A stretch of 61,924 bases of DNA, filler included, from Globobulimina sp. (taxonomy: Eukaryota): NCBI GenBank assembly GCA_003354225.1. It is 22 parts of 22 records of this genome, joined end to end, with 100 filler letters (N's around TTAATTAATTAA, not from the genome) between each part and the next. Parts side by side here need not be neighbours in the genome. Positions count along the whole stretch, not along the records: positions 36,666 to 39,383 come from PIVH01005206.1; positions 39,484 to 42,201 come from PIVH01005207.1; positions 42,302 to 45,019 come from PIVH01005208.1; positions 45,120 to 47,837 come from PIVH01005209.1; 18 more parts are not named here. One strand, 5' to 3'. The position numbers were made by a program, and so were the translations under genes. Each line of letters begins with the position of its first letter. The first letter of the stretch is position 1. Of the stretch, positions 37,312 through 47,937 are shown piece after piece. The notes beneath the pieces were generated by a model. The model saw only the letters and a list, made by a program, of their open reading frames with translations. It made no database searches and was not told the origin of the DNA.

Positions 37312-38517
37312 CTACGGGTCTTGAAGCCAAGGAATGTCAATCGAATATGCGTTTTGCGGACAAGAATAATCATAGCCAACCCAATTTGTTGCATATTGCA
37401 GTTCCATTCCAAGTCTAAATAAACTATTTCGTGCTGATCCACTCATATAAGTCGATAAACGCAACATTTCAGCCCTGATAATTTCATCCAATAAATTGTC
37501 ATTTAACAGAGAGATATAAAATTCACCATTGCCCATATGCATAAAATTGCGGATATCATCGTTAGACAGTTTAGCAATAAAAATATGTATTACTTTTGTG
37601 CCATTATTTAGTTGGTTGCCATTGATTTTTTCCATGAAATTGCGATGTTTCTTCATTTCTTTGTTCTTTCTTTGTTCTTCATCAATATCTACAACTATAA
37701 ATTTGATAAATTTATTGTGTTTTTGCATCATTTGCAGGATATTATTTTGATAAATTGTATCAAGTGTTTTGTCATTCATTTTATTCCAAATATAATATTG
37801 AATAAAAGAGCGAATAAATACATTTCCATATTTACCAAACCACATTGAATTAAACACACCATTTTGCCATCGGAATCTTGATATTGTTGACATTTTATGC
37901 CATGTTATATTATCAAAATAAACTATATCATCTGTACTCATTCCGTAATATTTCCATACACTCAGAATAACATTCTCGGTGGATTTGCTTTGTGTGGCAC
38001 TAACGGCACACTTTGATAATGGCTCATAAATTGTACTCCATTCAATCCATTGTTGTTTCATTCTGTTCTTTTTAGCTGGCACGATATGGAAACGTCTGTT
38101 TGTTGCCACTGCGATTAATAATGCCTGGCCTACAAAATGATGCATTTCAGCCAATGAATTACCAAATAATTCCATAACTAATATTTTTGGATTGTTACAG
38201 TTTGATTGAATTCCATCAATGTGGGACAGAAATTCTTTTTTTAGTTTAATGCGACGGGCAGTTAGCATTCGATTCGAGTCATTATCACTAGATTCCACAT
38301 ACACATTGGGATAATATACAAATATGAGCATGATAATATAGCCAATAAATAATCCAAATAGGAAGGAATGAATATAGTGCGTTTTCAACAAATTAGTTAA
38401 GTTATGTTTATTTTTTCTGGTTTTATGGGACCGATTAGTTGCATCCACCATGTATTTAGTTTCCGTTTTGGTGCTTGCTTTGCAAACGGTTGTTCGTTTT
38501 TTGACAGATTCTGCCAT
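37312..38517 (-). CDS. Type II membrane glycosyltransferase-like (divergent fucosyltransferase-like) protein
   Basis: N-terminal TM; IQSNC..KILV..H..ALLIAVATNR and YEPLSKC resemble alpha-1,6-fucosyltransferase-type proteins. Confidence 0.45.
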   Translation of the reverse strand: MAESVKKRTTVCKASTKTETKYMVDATNRSHKTRKNKHNLTNLLKTHYIHSFLFGLFIGYIIMLIFVYYPNVYVESSDNDSNRMLTARRIKLKKEFLSHIDGIQSNCNNPKILVMELFGNSLAEMHHFVGQALLIAVATNRRFHIVPAKKNRMKQQWIEWSTIYEPLSKCAVSATQSKSTENVILSVWKYYGMSTDDIVYFDNITWHKMSTISRFRWQNGVFNSMWFGKYGNVFIRSFIQYYIWNKMNDKTLDTIYQNNILQMMQKHNKFIKFIVVDIDEEQRKNKEMKKHRNFMEKINGNQLNNGTKVIHIFIAKLSNDDIRNFMHMGNGEFYISLLNDNLLDEIIRAEMLRLSTYMSGSARNSLFRLGMELQYATNWVGYDYSCPQNAYSIDIPWLQDP

Positions 38518-38746
38518 GGTTTTACCATTAGACTATGTTTATTTAAAACCTCAATATAAAAGAAGATACCTCTCAGAAACGCGAAGCTGTTTCAAATTCT
38601 ATTCTGGAATTAGTGTTTCTGAGAGGTGTTTTATTTGTTTCTAGGTAGGTTGCTTTCGGCAAATGCTGCCTTCGTCAGGACAAGTTTTAAATTGAAGTTA
38701 AAATGTTTTTTGAAAACAAAAACATAAACTAAAAAGTTTATCAATA

Positions 38747-38840
38747 GGCATTTTTGCTTTATCGTAAGAATCTGTTTTTAAAGAGAAAAAACCAGTTTTT
38801 TCCGTTACAAAATAGATTTTTACGATAAAGCAAAAATGCC
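38747..38840. mobile_element. 94-bp MITE flanked by TA
   Basis: GGCATTTTTGCTTTATCGTAAGAATCTGTTTT is inverted with 2 mismatches; TA on both sides. Confidence 0.7.
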
Positions 38841-39001
38841 TAATGTGTAGAATGGAGAAAAAAGAAATAGAAGGAAAGAGAGATAAATATAAAATGGAAT
38901 GTAAAGTAAGATAAAAATGGATAATGTAAGCTGTTTTATTATTTTCTGCAATTCTTAATTATATATAAAGTGCAAGGATATATAAAAATCGTTGCAGCAA
39001 T

Positions 39002-39383
39002 TTAATAAAAAAATATTGACATTACGAATAAAGTTGGTGATAAATAATAGTTAGTGGCATATGCATTGCTTCGTAGATCAATATCATAAATGCTGAGTGA
39101 TGGGTTTTTTGTTGGATTTCTTGTTGGGAAATTTGATGGAGTATTTGATGGGTTCTTTGTTGGATTTTGCGTTGGAATTCGTGTTGGGTTTGTTGACGGG
39201 GTTTGTGTTGTTGCTATTGTATCCAATGTATTTCGTTGACATAAAACAGCAGATCCATAATATAAACCCCCTCCACTTTCACCACCATCCATAGCCGCAC
39301 CATATTGGCCTGGTACTGTTGATAAACGTAATCATGGCCAAGTTGGGAGAGGTTCGAATGGCGTACCGCCTGAAGATCCACCA
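39002..39383 (-). CDS. Fragment of a PT-repeat protein
   Basis: PSTNPTRIPTQNPTKNPS repeats; gene structure unclear. Confidence 0.4.
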
Positions 39384-39483
39384 NNNNNNNNNNNNNNNNN
39401 NNNNNNNNNNNNNNNNNNNNNNNNNNNTTAATTAATTAANNNNNNNNNNNNNNNNNNNNNNNNNNNNNNNNNNNNNNNNNNNN

Positions 39484-41772
39484 GTTTTAGCCGTAATGCC
39501 GCAGTTGTTTTCCAGAGCGATATTAACTGCGGAGGACGGGATTGATATAAGATTCCCATTGGCATTCAATGGCGGATGGCAATTATTGCAGTTATTATAT
39601 GTCATTTGTATTATGTTTTTGCCACTAGTCACAACCAACGATGCTCTGAGCTCAAATGCTTTAATTTTAGGTTTATTAATATGTTTGGTTATGTTTGCAT
39701 GGACATTTTTGTTTCCATGTTTAGCGAAAAGAAAATTAAAAGGTATTGATACTGGATATGATGAACTAAGAATATGCACAGTTCCTCATATTGGTATGAT
39801 ACGGAGATATGGTATTTTATTACCACTATTAATGTGCGGCTATCTTACATATTTATCCTCATTAAATCAACAGACAAATAGTAACAATTTAACCGTAATT
39901 TCAATAATATTAATGATTATTGTTATTATTATCGTGATTATTGCATATTTTGTGTCAAAGAGGAGATCATTGACAAAATACAGAAATAATTTTGTTGCAT
40001 CGCCAGTATATAACAAGTTAACAAACTTAATTGCAAAATGTCGGGAAACGGGGGATGGCGACTTCTTAGGTTCATGGTATTCGAGCGAGACGACTGGTGA
40101 TTGGACTTCTTCATTGTCGAATGCTTTTACTTTATCCAACGCGAAAGCGGTGGTGTTCCAAATCGAATCATACATTGTAATTGAAAGGTTATCGCACGCA
40201 TTCTTAGCGAATAGAATAGAATGGAGGCACAATGTGTTAATGTGTGAGGATTATACGGTTTTAGAAATCTTAGTGGATGAATTAACAGAAGCAATACAAC
40301 CATTGCCATCCTATCATTTATCATTACGAATATTAATCAATGATTGTGACTATTTACGTGAAGCTCCGATGGATATCGCATTATTATTATTATCTTTTAT
40401 TTACGATAACAATTTATTGGCGGAACAAATTGCCTCAAAATCATTGAAACCAAAGGCAATATTAAATAAAAATAATTTACATTTTAAAAATACAGAGTTA
40501 TCTGTGCTAATACAAGAATTATTCACTGTTTCGAAAGGTGTTATCTATAATTTGTTAAATGGCATTAAAGATAAAGATCGATATATTGATATTGATATTG
40601 ATACTTCATTTGTTATGCATGGGTCGCATGATGATGCCCCTGATGATGATGATGATGATGATGATGATGCGTATCGTTTTAATCCAGCACCAGCACCACC
40701 GGCAACATTTGGATTGACACCACCTCCATCTACAGCTCCATCACCACCACCCCCACTACCACAAGTACCGGGGGATTGGGCTACATTTAGTGATAGTAAT
40801 GACGACCAAGAAGAAGAAAAGAAACATCCATCGATATCAGATGAGAATGATTTGTTTAATTTTTATGCAAAAGAAGTAGAAGATTTTTATATTGATCTGT
40901 TTAACTTTTATGCAAAAGGTAAGGGCATTGTGCCAGGTGCAGCTATAAAAGACATAGTCAATTCTTCAAACATTGATCATTCAGCAAAGAAACGAATATA
41001 TAATGAAGCAGCGAACAATAATCGAGAAAAGGATCAAGTAAAAGGTTTAAACTTTATTCAATTTAAAAATATGTTTAAAATGGTTGCGAAAGAAGAAAAA
41101 CAGAAAAATAGTGGAACATTATTTGATTTAGAAAGAGATGAAAATAAATTAATATTAAAAGCAGATTTAAATTATCCAAAACATCTAAAAATGGCAAGGA
41201 ATAAAGATATTGGGCGTGGATTAATGGATTATGGCGATTTGTTGACACAAATGGATACGTTGAATGATGCAGAATTAAGACAAAAAAGTTTTGATGTTTT
41301 TAACGACAATAATGAATCATTAATATCATGGATTGGATTCAATATTTCGTCGGACGGTAATCGAAGCAGTGGGATAAGAGATGCGTTGTGGGATAAATTT
41401 AAACAAGAAACAAATATTAATATGAAGAAGGATGGGATTGATGCAGGCAAATATTTGGCAAAATTGTTGGCAATGATTGTACAAACAAATAAACGTGAAA
41501 TAAATTGGAATAACAATATTTTTGACGACAGTTTATTACCAAATTTATTATCATTAGAATATGATTTGGGACATTTTACAGTTTGGGTTATAAGGACAAA
41601 AGGTGTACCATCTGGCTCAACAATAAAATTAAAGGACAGATATGGATATAAAACGCTGTATAAATTACAATTTACAATATATAATTTTGAAAGAAATATT
41701 AAAGAATGGACTCAATTATACGTAAATCAACGTGGTCGACATCGTGATGCCGACGGGAAGGCCAAGCCGTAA
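39484..41772 (+). CDS. Multi-pass membrane protein with acidic/Pro-rich linker and EH/EF-like C-terminal segment, 5' partial
   Basis: 758-aa uninterrupted ORF; about 4 TM helices, poly-D and poly-P; YIDLFNFY..GIVPG..IYN..GLNFIQF resembles an EH domain. Confidence 0.75.
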   Translation, partial: VLAVMPQLFSRAILTAEDGIDIRFPLAFNGGWQLLQLLYVICIMFLPLVTTNDALSSNALILGLLICLVMFAWTFLFPCLAKRKLKGIDTGYDELRICTVPHIGMIRRYGILLPLLMCGYLTYLSSLNQQTNSNNLTVISIILMIIVIIIVIIAYFVSKRRSLTKYRNNFVASPVYNKLTNLIAKCRETGDGDFLGSWYSSETTGDWTSSLSNAFTLSNAKAVVFQIESYIVIERLSHAFLANRIEWRHNVLMCEDYTVLEILVDELTEAIQPLPSYHLSLRILINDCDYLREAPMDIALLLLSFIYDNNLLAEQIASKSLKPKAILNKNNLHFKNTELSVLIQELFTVSKGVIYNLLNGIKDKDRYIDIDIDTSFVMHGSHDDAPDDDDDDDDDAYRFNPAPAPPATFGLTPPPSTAPSPPPPLPQVPGDWATFSDSNDDQEEEKKHPSISDENDLFNFYAKEVEDFYIDLFNFYAKGKGIVPGAAIKDIVNSSNIDHSAKKRIYNEAANNNREKDQVKGLNFIQFKNMFKMVAKEEKQKNSGTLFDLERDENKLILKADLNYPKHLKMARNKDIGRGLMDYGDLLTQMDTLNDAELRQKSFDVFNDNNESLISWIGFNISSDGNRSSGIRDALWDKFKQETNINMKKDGIDAGKYLAKLLAMIVQTNKREINWNNNIFDDSLLPNLLSLEYDLGHFTVWVIRTKGVPSGSTIKLKDRYGYKTLYKLQFTIYNFERNIKEWTQLYVNQRGRHRDADGKAKP

Positions 41773-42301
41773 TAAACAATAATGTCTTTCAAAGCCTTAG
41801 TTCAAATTTTTGTGTTTGGTTTAATTATCAATTTTGTATTTTTTTTGAGTTGTTTTGTGTTTTTGTGTGTCTTCCATTAAATATAAAAATCAATCAACTG
41901 TACACTGAACTTTTCAGAATTTAGTACAAATCACACAGTCCTATCAATCTATATGATAAACAATTTTAAAATTAATATTCTATGATACACATAGAAATGA
42001 TACACGGCATTGAGGCATGGATTTGTGTTGGATATAATGAACCTAAAAAGTATATTTCTTGTTGTCCTGTGGAATCGGATTTTGTTGTCGCAAAAAAATC
42101 GATTTACTGCTCAACGATCATAAATGTAGCACATAAATATAAAAAGCTCACAAACACAGCATATGGATAATTAATAGATTTATTTCGATCGGAAAAATAT
42201 TNNNNNNNNNNNNNNNNNNNNNNNNNNNNNNNNNNNNNNNNNNNNTTAATTAATTAANNNNNNNNNNNNNNNNNNNNNNNNNNNNNNNNNNNNNNNNNNN
42301 N

Positions 42302-42390
42302 AACACCGCGCAACCAATGAACACCGCGCAACCAATGAACACCGAGCAACCAATGAACACCGCGCAACCAATGAACACCGCGCAACCAAT
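42302..42390. repeat. 18-bp tandem repeat, about 5 copies
   Basis: Unit AACACCGCGCAACCAATG at the contig start. Confidence 0.9.
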
Positions 42391-42438
42391 AAAAGGACAG
42401 TAAAAGGACAGTGGAGAGGGGGCAAAGCATCGGTGTTG

Positions 42439-43892
42439 TCATGGAAACACATACCCCAATTCAGATGGTATTGCGATTTGTAATAATTGCGGTTTGTTAT
42501 AATAGGTATATGCAAACTCTTTCTCTTCTTTTGATTCATCATCTTTGTCAATACGATAACATAATGGAATTGGTATTGCGCTCTCACTAACTGATGATAA
42601 ATTTTTTTTCCTTTTCCTTGTAATATTACCCGTTCCAATAACGCCTAACTCCTCATCATATATTTCACGCGTTGGATTTTTTAAATCCCTTAATATTTTA
42701 CGTATATCCAACCAGCCACCACTTACATCTTTCATCCACTCACATACTGTATTTTTATGTGCACAATAATGTATATTTGGATGCTCACTGCAGGTAATTG
42801 CATATTGACTCTGATTAATATGTACAGTAGCAATTGGCCCCGATAATGGACAATTAACTGAATATAGACTTGATATTCTATTTCCTTCCTCCAATTCAAC
42901 GATACAAATTGTCGAATCTTCCCAGTCAAGCACAGTTTGCTCAACATACTGTAAATTATTTTTAAAACTTTAAATGTTTTGTTGCATAGAGTCTGAACTT
43001 TAAATGGCAAACCAGTCGGATTTTCAAGATAAATCATCATTTTTATTAATAACAAATGATCACAAGACATTGTTAAATAATCTTTTCTATTGCATGAACA
43101 TGATAACCCATCACTTTGTTCAACCACATGTACATATTTATGCGGCGCCAATGTTTTTTTATTTTTATTATATTCCGGAATAATCCATACAATATCACTT
43201 CTTTGTAGCGTGGATCGGGTGGATTTTAATAATGATTCATGATAATTTGTAAATATTTCGGCATTTGCTATTGACGATAAAATCGATTCTTCATCTTTTT
43301 GTTCATTATTTAAAAATTGTTGCAATGTTTCCGGTGATTCATCCGGTTCAAAATAATTCAAATTCAGTTCATGGAAATATGATGATGATGCCTCGAAATT
43401 ATATGATGATGATATTTCATCGGATGATGATGATGATGCCTCACTTTCACTGTCATCGGATATTTGTTGGGGAGATGGTGGTGGTGGTGGTTGTGATAAT
43501 GTTGGTGGACATTGATCTTTTCGAGTATTTTTATTTTGTATGGATTGAGGTTGTTTAATGTGAGTATTAATTTGTTGGATTACAATTGGATTTTGATGCG
43601 ACTGTGACTGTGACTGTGATTGTGACTGTAATATTCGTGTGTTGGTAGTTACAGATTCAATGGTTTTTGTTTGAATGACCCGTTTGTTTATGTTTTTTTT
43701 TGGTTGATAAGGTTTTGTTTTAGTTTGTAGTATATTTGAATTGGTATCTTTTTTTTTATGCCTTTTAACTGCGTGCATTTCAAATAATAAACGTGTTGTT
43801 GGTTTTTTCCGTTTTTTGATGTTTTTTTTTGTGTTGAGGGTAGCTATTTGGTATTTTTTTTTGTGCGTTCTTTCTGTATTCTGGTCAGACAT
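42439..43892 (-). pseudogene. Double SWIM zinc-finger gene, probably transposon-derived, frameshifted
   Basis: CSC.....MSCDH and ITC..H..HYCAH. A 1-nt shift in an A-run near 42960 joins the two ORFs. Confidence 0.55.
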
Positions 43893-43980
43893 CGTGGAAA
43901 GAAAAGTTGTTAGATGCGTTGACAAGTTTTTAGTTTTCTTAAATGTTGAAAATCACATGCAAGCTTAAATGTTGAAAATC

Positions 43981-44748
43981 ATTACAAAATGGAGCAAAAT
44001 TAACATCAAAAATGGATATTACTCGTGGATGGTGTTTGATAAACAAAAATCGAAATATGCAAAAAGTTGCAGAATATCCATACAAACAACGCACCATTGG
44101 GAGGGAAACACTAATTTTTTGTTTTCGTGTCATATTTGCTGTATTATTACCAAAAAATGCATCCAAATCCTTGTTTTCAACCAAAATTGTCGTTTTTCAG
44201 CTAAAAATGGCAGCAAATCCAAAACATTTAAAAATGTTTCTGGTGCAAAAATAGCTAAAGATATATTGGAAACTTTTGCAAACCTCAAGATTTTGATTTT
44301 TCACCATTCAGCTCATTCTAATTCCTTTTCCAAAGAATTCTTTCTTTCTCAAGCCAATATATATATATATATTACATTTGTTTCTGTCAGAATTGATTTA
44401 TATTCATTTACAATGGTTAAAAATACAAAAATCACAAAATTCAACATTGTGCAAAGTTTCCAATACACCGTTGGATATTTTTGCACCAGAAACATTTTTG
44501 AAATTTTTGGATTTGCTGCCATTTATAGCTTAAAAACGATAATTTTGGTTGAAATGAAGGATTTGGATGCATTTTTTGGTAATAATACAGCAAATATGAC
44601 ACGAAAACAAAAAATTAGTGTTTCCCTCCCAATGGTCCGTTGTTTGTATGGATATTCTGCAACTTTTTGCATATTTCGATTTTTGTTTATCAAACACCAT
44701 CCACGATTAATATCCATTTTTGATGTAAATTTTGCTCCATTTTGTAAT
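43981..44748. mobile_element. About 300-bp imperfect inverted repeat with a ~170-bp spacer
   Basis: 43981-44280 is the reverse complement of 44450-44748, which produces the mirrored ORFs in the track. Confidence 0.85.
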
Positions 44749-44849
44749 TTTTTGCGAATTCAAAAAATCACAAAAATGTTTATTTAAGTAGTTTTTCATC
44801 TTAGCTGTGTTAAATAAACAAATGGTCAAGCAAACATATTTCCCCCTCA

Positions 44850-45019
44850 TTTAACCGCAATTTCCCGGAAATTTCCCCGCAATATTCCCGGAAATGTCCG
44901 CGATATTTCCCCGCCATTTACCGGAAATTTCCCCGCAATATTCCCGGAAATTTCCGCGATATTTCCCCGCCATTTCCCGGAAATTTCCCCGCAATATTCC
45001 CGGAAATTTCCGCGATATT
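44850..45019. repeat. 56-bp higher-order tandem repeat built from 11-12-bp ATTTCCC-type subunits
   Basis: AATATTCCCGG recurs at 44881, 44937 and 44993. Confidence 0.9.
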
Positions 45020-45119
45020 NNNNNNNNNNNNNNNNNNNNNNNNNNNNNNNNNNNNNNNNNNNNTTAATTAATTAANNNNNNNNNNNNNNNNNNNNNNNNN
45101 NNNNNNNNNNNNNNNNNNN

Positions 45120-45994
45120 AGAATAGATTTGAAGTGTTGCACTCCATTGGACAGGGCTCATTTGGTACTGTTTACCATGGACATGATTTGCAAGAGCGGA
45201 GGCCCGTCGCAGTGAAAATCTTAAAACAAACGGGCCATCAATCATATTACAGAGAAACCAGAGTCTTAGAACGGTTAACAAATATTGACGGCATTCCGCA
45301 AATATTATGGAAAGGAAGAAAGCATAATAAAGATATTTTAATCGTTACCAGATTAGGTTATGACTTGTCGATGTTATTTGAATTTTGCCAGCATAAATTT
45401 AGTGTAGATACTACATTAAAATTAGGCATAGAAATGATACAATTGATAGAAAAAGTGCATTGCAAAGGAATCATACATCGCGACATTAAACCACATAATT
45501 TTTTACTTGGGTATAAGCAAGAAAAAAAGAAATTATTTATCATAGATTTTGGACTCGCAAAAAGTTACTTGTCAGTCGATCGAAAACATAAAAAAAAAAT
45601 ATCTGAATTAAGACCGGTTGGTACTGCGAGATACGCATCGCGATGGACACATTTAGGGGTAGCTCATTCACGACGCGACGATTTGGAAAGTATTGGTTTT
45701 GTTTTAGTATATTTTCTACTGTCAAAACTGCCGTGGCAAGGATTAAAAATTAATTTTAAACACGAGAAATGGAGCACAATCGGCGCTGTTAAGACGAATA
45801 CAAAGTTGGTTGATTTGTGTGATACACTTCCATCTGTATTCCATGACTATTTGGCATATGTCAGACAACTGCAGTTTCAACAACAACCAAATTACAAATA
45901 TTTAATTTCTCTCTTTAATTCTGCTGCGAAAGAGAATAATGTTGATTTACAAAATGTAATCTGGGATTGGGAAAAATGTAAACCAAAGATTTGA
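45120..45994 (+). CDS. Casein kinase 1 family kinase, 5' partial
   Basis: IGQGSFG, VAVK, HRDIKPHN, IDFGLAK, GTARYAS, SRRDDLES, LPWQGL. Confidence 0.95.
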
Positions 45995-46513
45995 AAATCA
46001 CAAACATTTTTCTTTTTAAATTCCATTTTTGATTGGTTGAATTCTTTTTTTTATGTTACATTTTAATTTTTTGATTTGCACAATAATTGTCATATCTACT
46101 GCAACTAAAATAATTGATGAATATACAGAAGAAGTTGATCGATATAGGTATTTGACCTCAGAGTATTTATGTTCGATTAATTAATTAATTGCGAAACTGA
46201 GAATTTTGTCATTACAAAATTTTGTTTGCCTGGCAAGCAGAATTTTGTAATACGCTGCATTTTGAGCCTAAATAGTTGCCTAAATAGTTACCATTTTCCG
46301 TTTTTGTATTGAAATAGTTACTAAATAGTTGCTCATTTTCGTTTTTGTCACTAAAAAGTCACAAATAGTCACTAAATAGTCACATAGTGACTAATTAACT
46401 CGTGTAGGCTCTACCCTTTTCATAATTGATCTATAAATACTGTCAATGCTTTGAAAAACTATAAATACTGTCTATAAATAAAATTTTTTGAGGTTAACTC
46501 GTCACAGTCAGGC

Positions 46514-47836
46514 ATGGCAGCGTCTAATTCACTGTCACTGATTACATCGCAGAAGAGAGCATATTTAATGTGTAGAAAGGTTTACAAAGCATGGAAAAAC
46601 TATGGGACATATGGCCACAGCAAAGTGATTTCTTTTTTTCTCTTATTGTTTTACAATGTCTTTACAAAATGTATGAAATTTGTGCATCGTTTATTGGACA
46701 GAATGAGATTTATCCACAACAATCCGAGAAAAATATCAGTGGAACTTCGATCCCTTAACAATTTATTAAATCTACAAAATTATTTCTATCGCATAATGAG
46801 AATAAATCGAATAAAATGGAAAGGGCCGTATTATGACTATTTGTTTGTGGCATATTTTGATTTGTTGCTAAATTATGGAGTTTCGACTGCTGTGCCAACG
46901 CCATCAGCAACAAATATTAACACTGAAACACTGAGAAAAGATGCAATTAAACCAACGCAGGGAATATTGGATATTATTGGCTGTGAAGAAGATGCGTACG
47001 ATTACAATAAATTTTATCCTCGCGACGTGACTCTACTATGGATCTCAGGAAACGATCATATTGAAAATAGTTTGTTGGATAAATTAATTGTATATATCCA
47101 TGGTGGCGGCTACTCACTTTGTGGCCCATCGCATATCGGATACTGTTCACAATTATCCCTGGCAACAAACTGCAAGATCTTATTCATTGACTATGCCAAG
47201 CCACCAACACCAAATATTGATATCCCATACCAAGTGGACCAAGTACTGACGGCCTATTTTTATGTAATATTCAACAAAGAGATGGATTGCAGCAAAGTGG
47301 TAATTGCTGGCGATTCGGCGGGAGCTGGTCTTTGTTGTTTGATGTTGCAGAAATTGTCATTGCTCGGTTTGACAAAGTACCATCCCATTGGCACTCTGTT
47401 GTATTCGCCGTTTGTTGACTTGACATTAAGTGGTAATTCGTGGACAAAATTTGCAAATCAAGATATGATTATCACTCAAGGATTGGCGTCGCGTTCTGGA
47501 CTGCTTGCAACGGGCAGCAATTCTAATTTGTTGCGGTCTCCTTTTTTTAGTGCTGTCTATGCACCGAATTATAGTATCCAATCAAATGTAATGTTGTTTG
47601 TGTCGACAACAGAATGTTTATATGATGACAGCAAAGCATTATTACTGAAATTAAAACCAATGAATGAGGAATATTCCATATTTTTTAAAGAAGTGGCATA
47701 TGTGCCACATGCTTTTGTGCTTTTATTTGGAGTGATTCCCGAGGCAGATGAAGCAATGCAAGATATTCAAACAAATGTTGCAAAATGGTTTAATGAAAAG
47801 AAAATAAAAATCATTCTCGAAACTGCGCAAAAATAA
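46514..47836 (+). CDS. HSL-family alpha/beta hydrolase (lipase/esterase)
   Basis: HGGGY, GDSAG nucleophile elbow, E.LYDD and PHAF. Confidence 0.9.
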   Translation: MAASNSLSLITSQKRAYLMCRKVYKAWKNYGTYGHSKVISFFLLLFYNVFTKCMKFVHRLLDRMRFIHNNPRKISVELRSLNNLLNLQNYFYRIMRINRIKWKGPYYDYLFVAYFDLLLNYGVSTAVPTPSATNINTETLRKDAIKPTQGILDIIGCEEDAYDYNKFYPRDVTLLWISGNDHIENSLLDKLIVYIHGGGYSLCGPSHIGYCSQLSLATNCKILFIDYAKPPTPNIDIPYQVDQVLTAYFYVIFNKEMDCSKVVIAGDSAGAGLCCLMLQKLSLLGLTKYHPIGTLLYSPFVDLTLSGNSWTKFANQDMIITQGLASRSGLLATGSNSNLLRSPFFSAVYAPNYSIQSNVMLFVSTTECLYDDSKALLLKLKPMNEEYSIFFKEVAYVPHAFVLLFGVIPEADEAMQDIQTNVAKWFNEKKIKIILETAQK

Positions 47837-47937
47837 TNNNNNNNNNNNNNNNNNNNNNNNNNNNNNNNNNNNNNNNNNNNNTTAATTAATTAANNNNNNN
47901 NNNNNNNNNNNNNNNNNNNNNNNNNNNNNNNNNNNNN

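Noticed and set aside
42302-42390. 18-bp repeat as CRISPR or a coding VARCSL repeat
   Set aside because: No spacers; simple minisatellite at a contig end.
43939-44787. Pairs of near-identical small ORFs on opposite strands
   Set aside because: Mirror products of the 300-bp inverted repeat, with no protein-like features.
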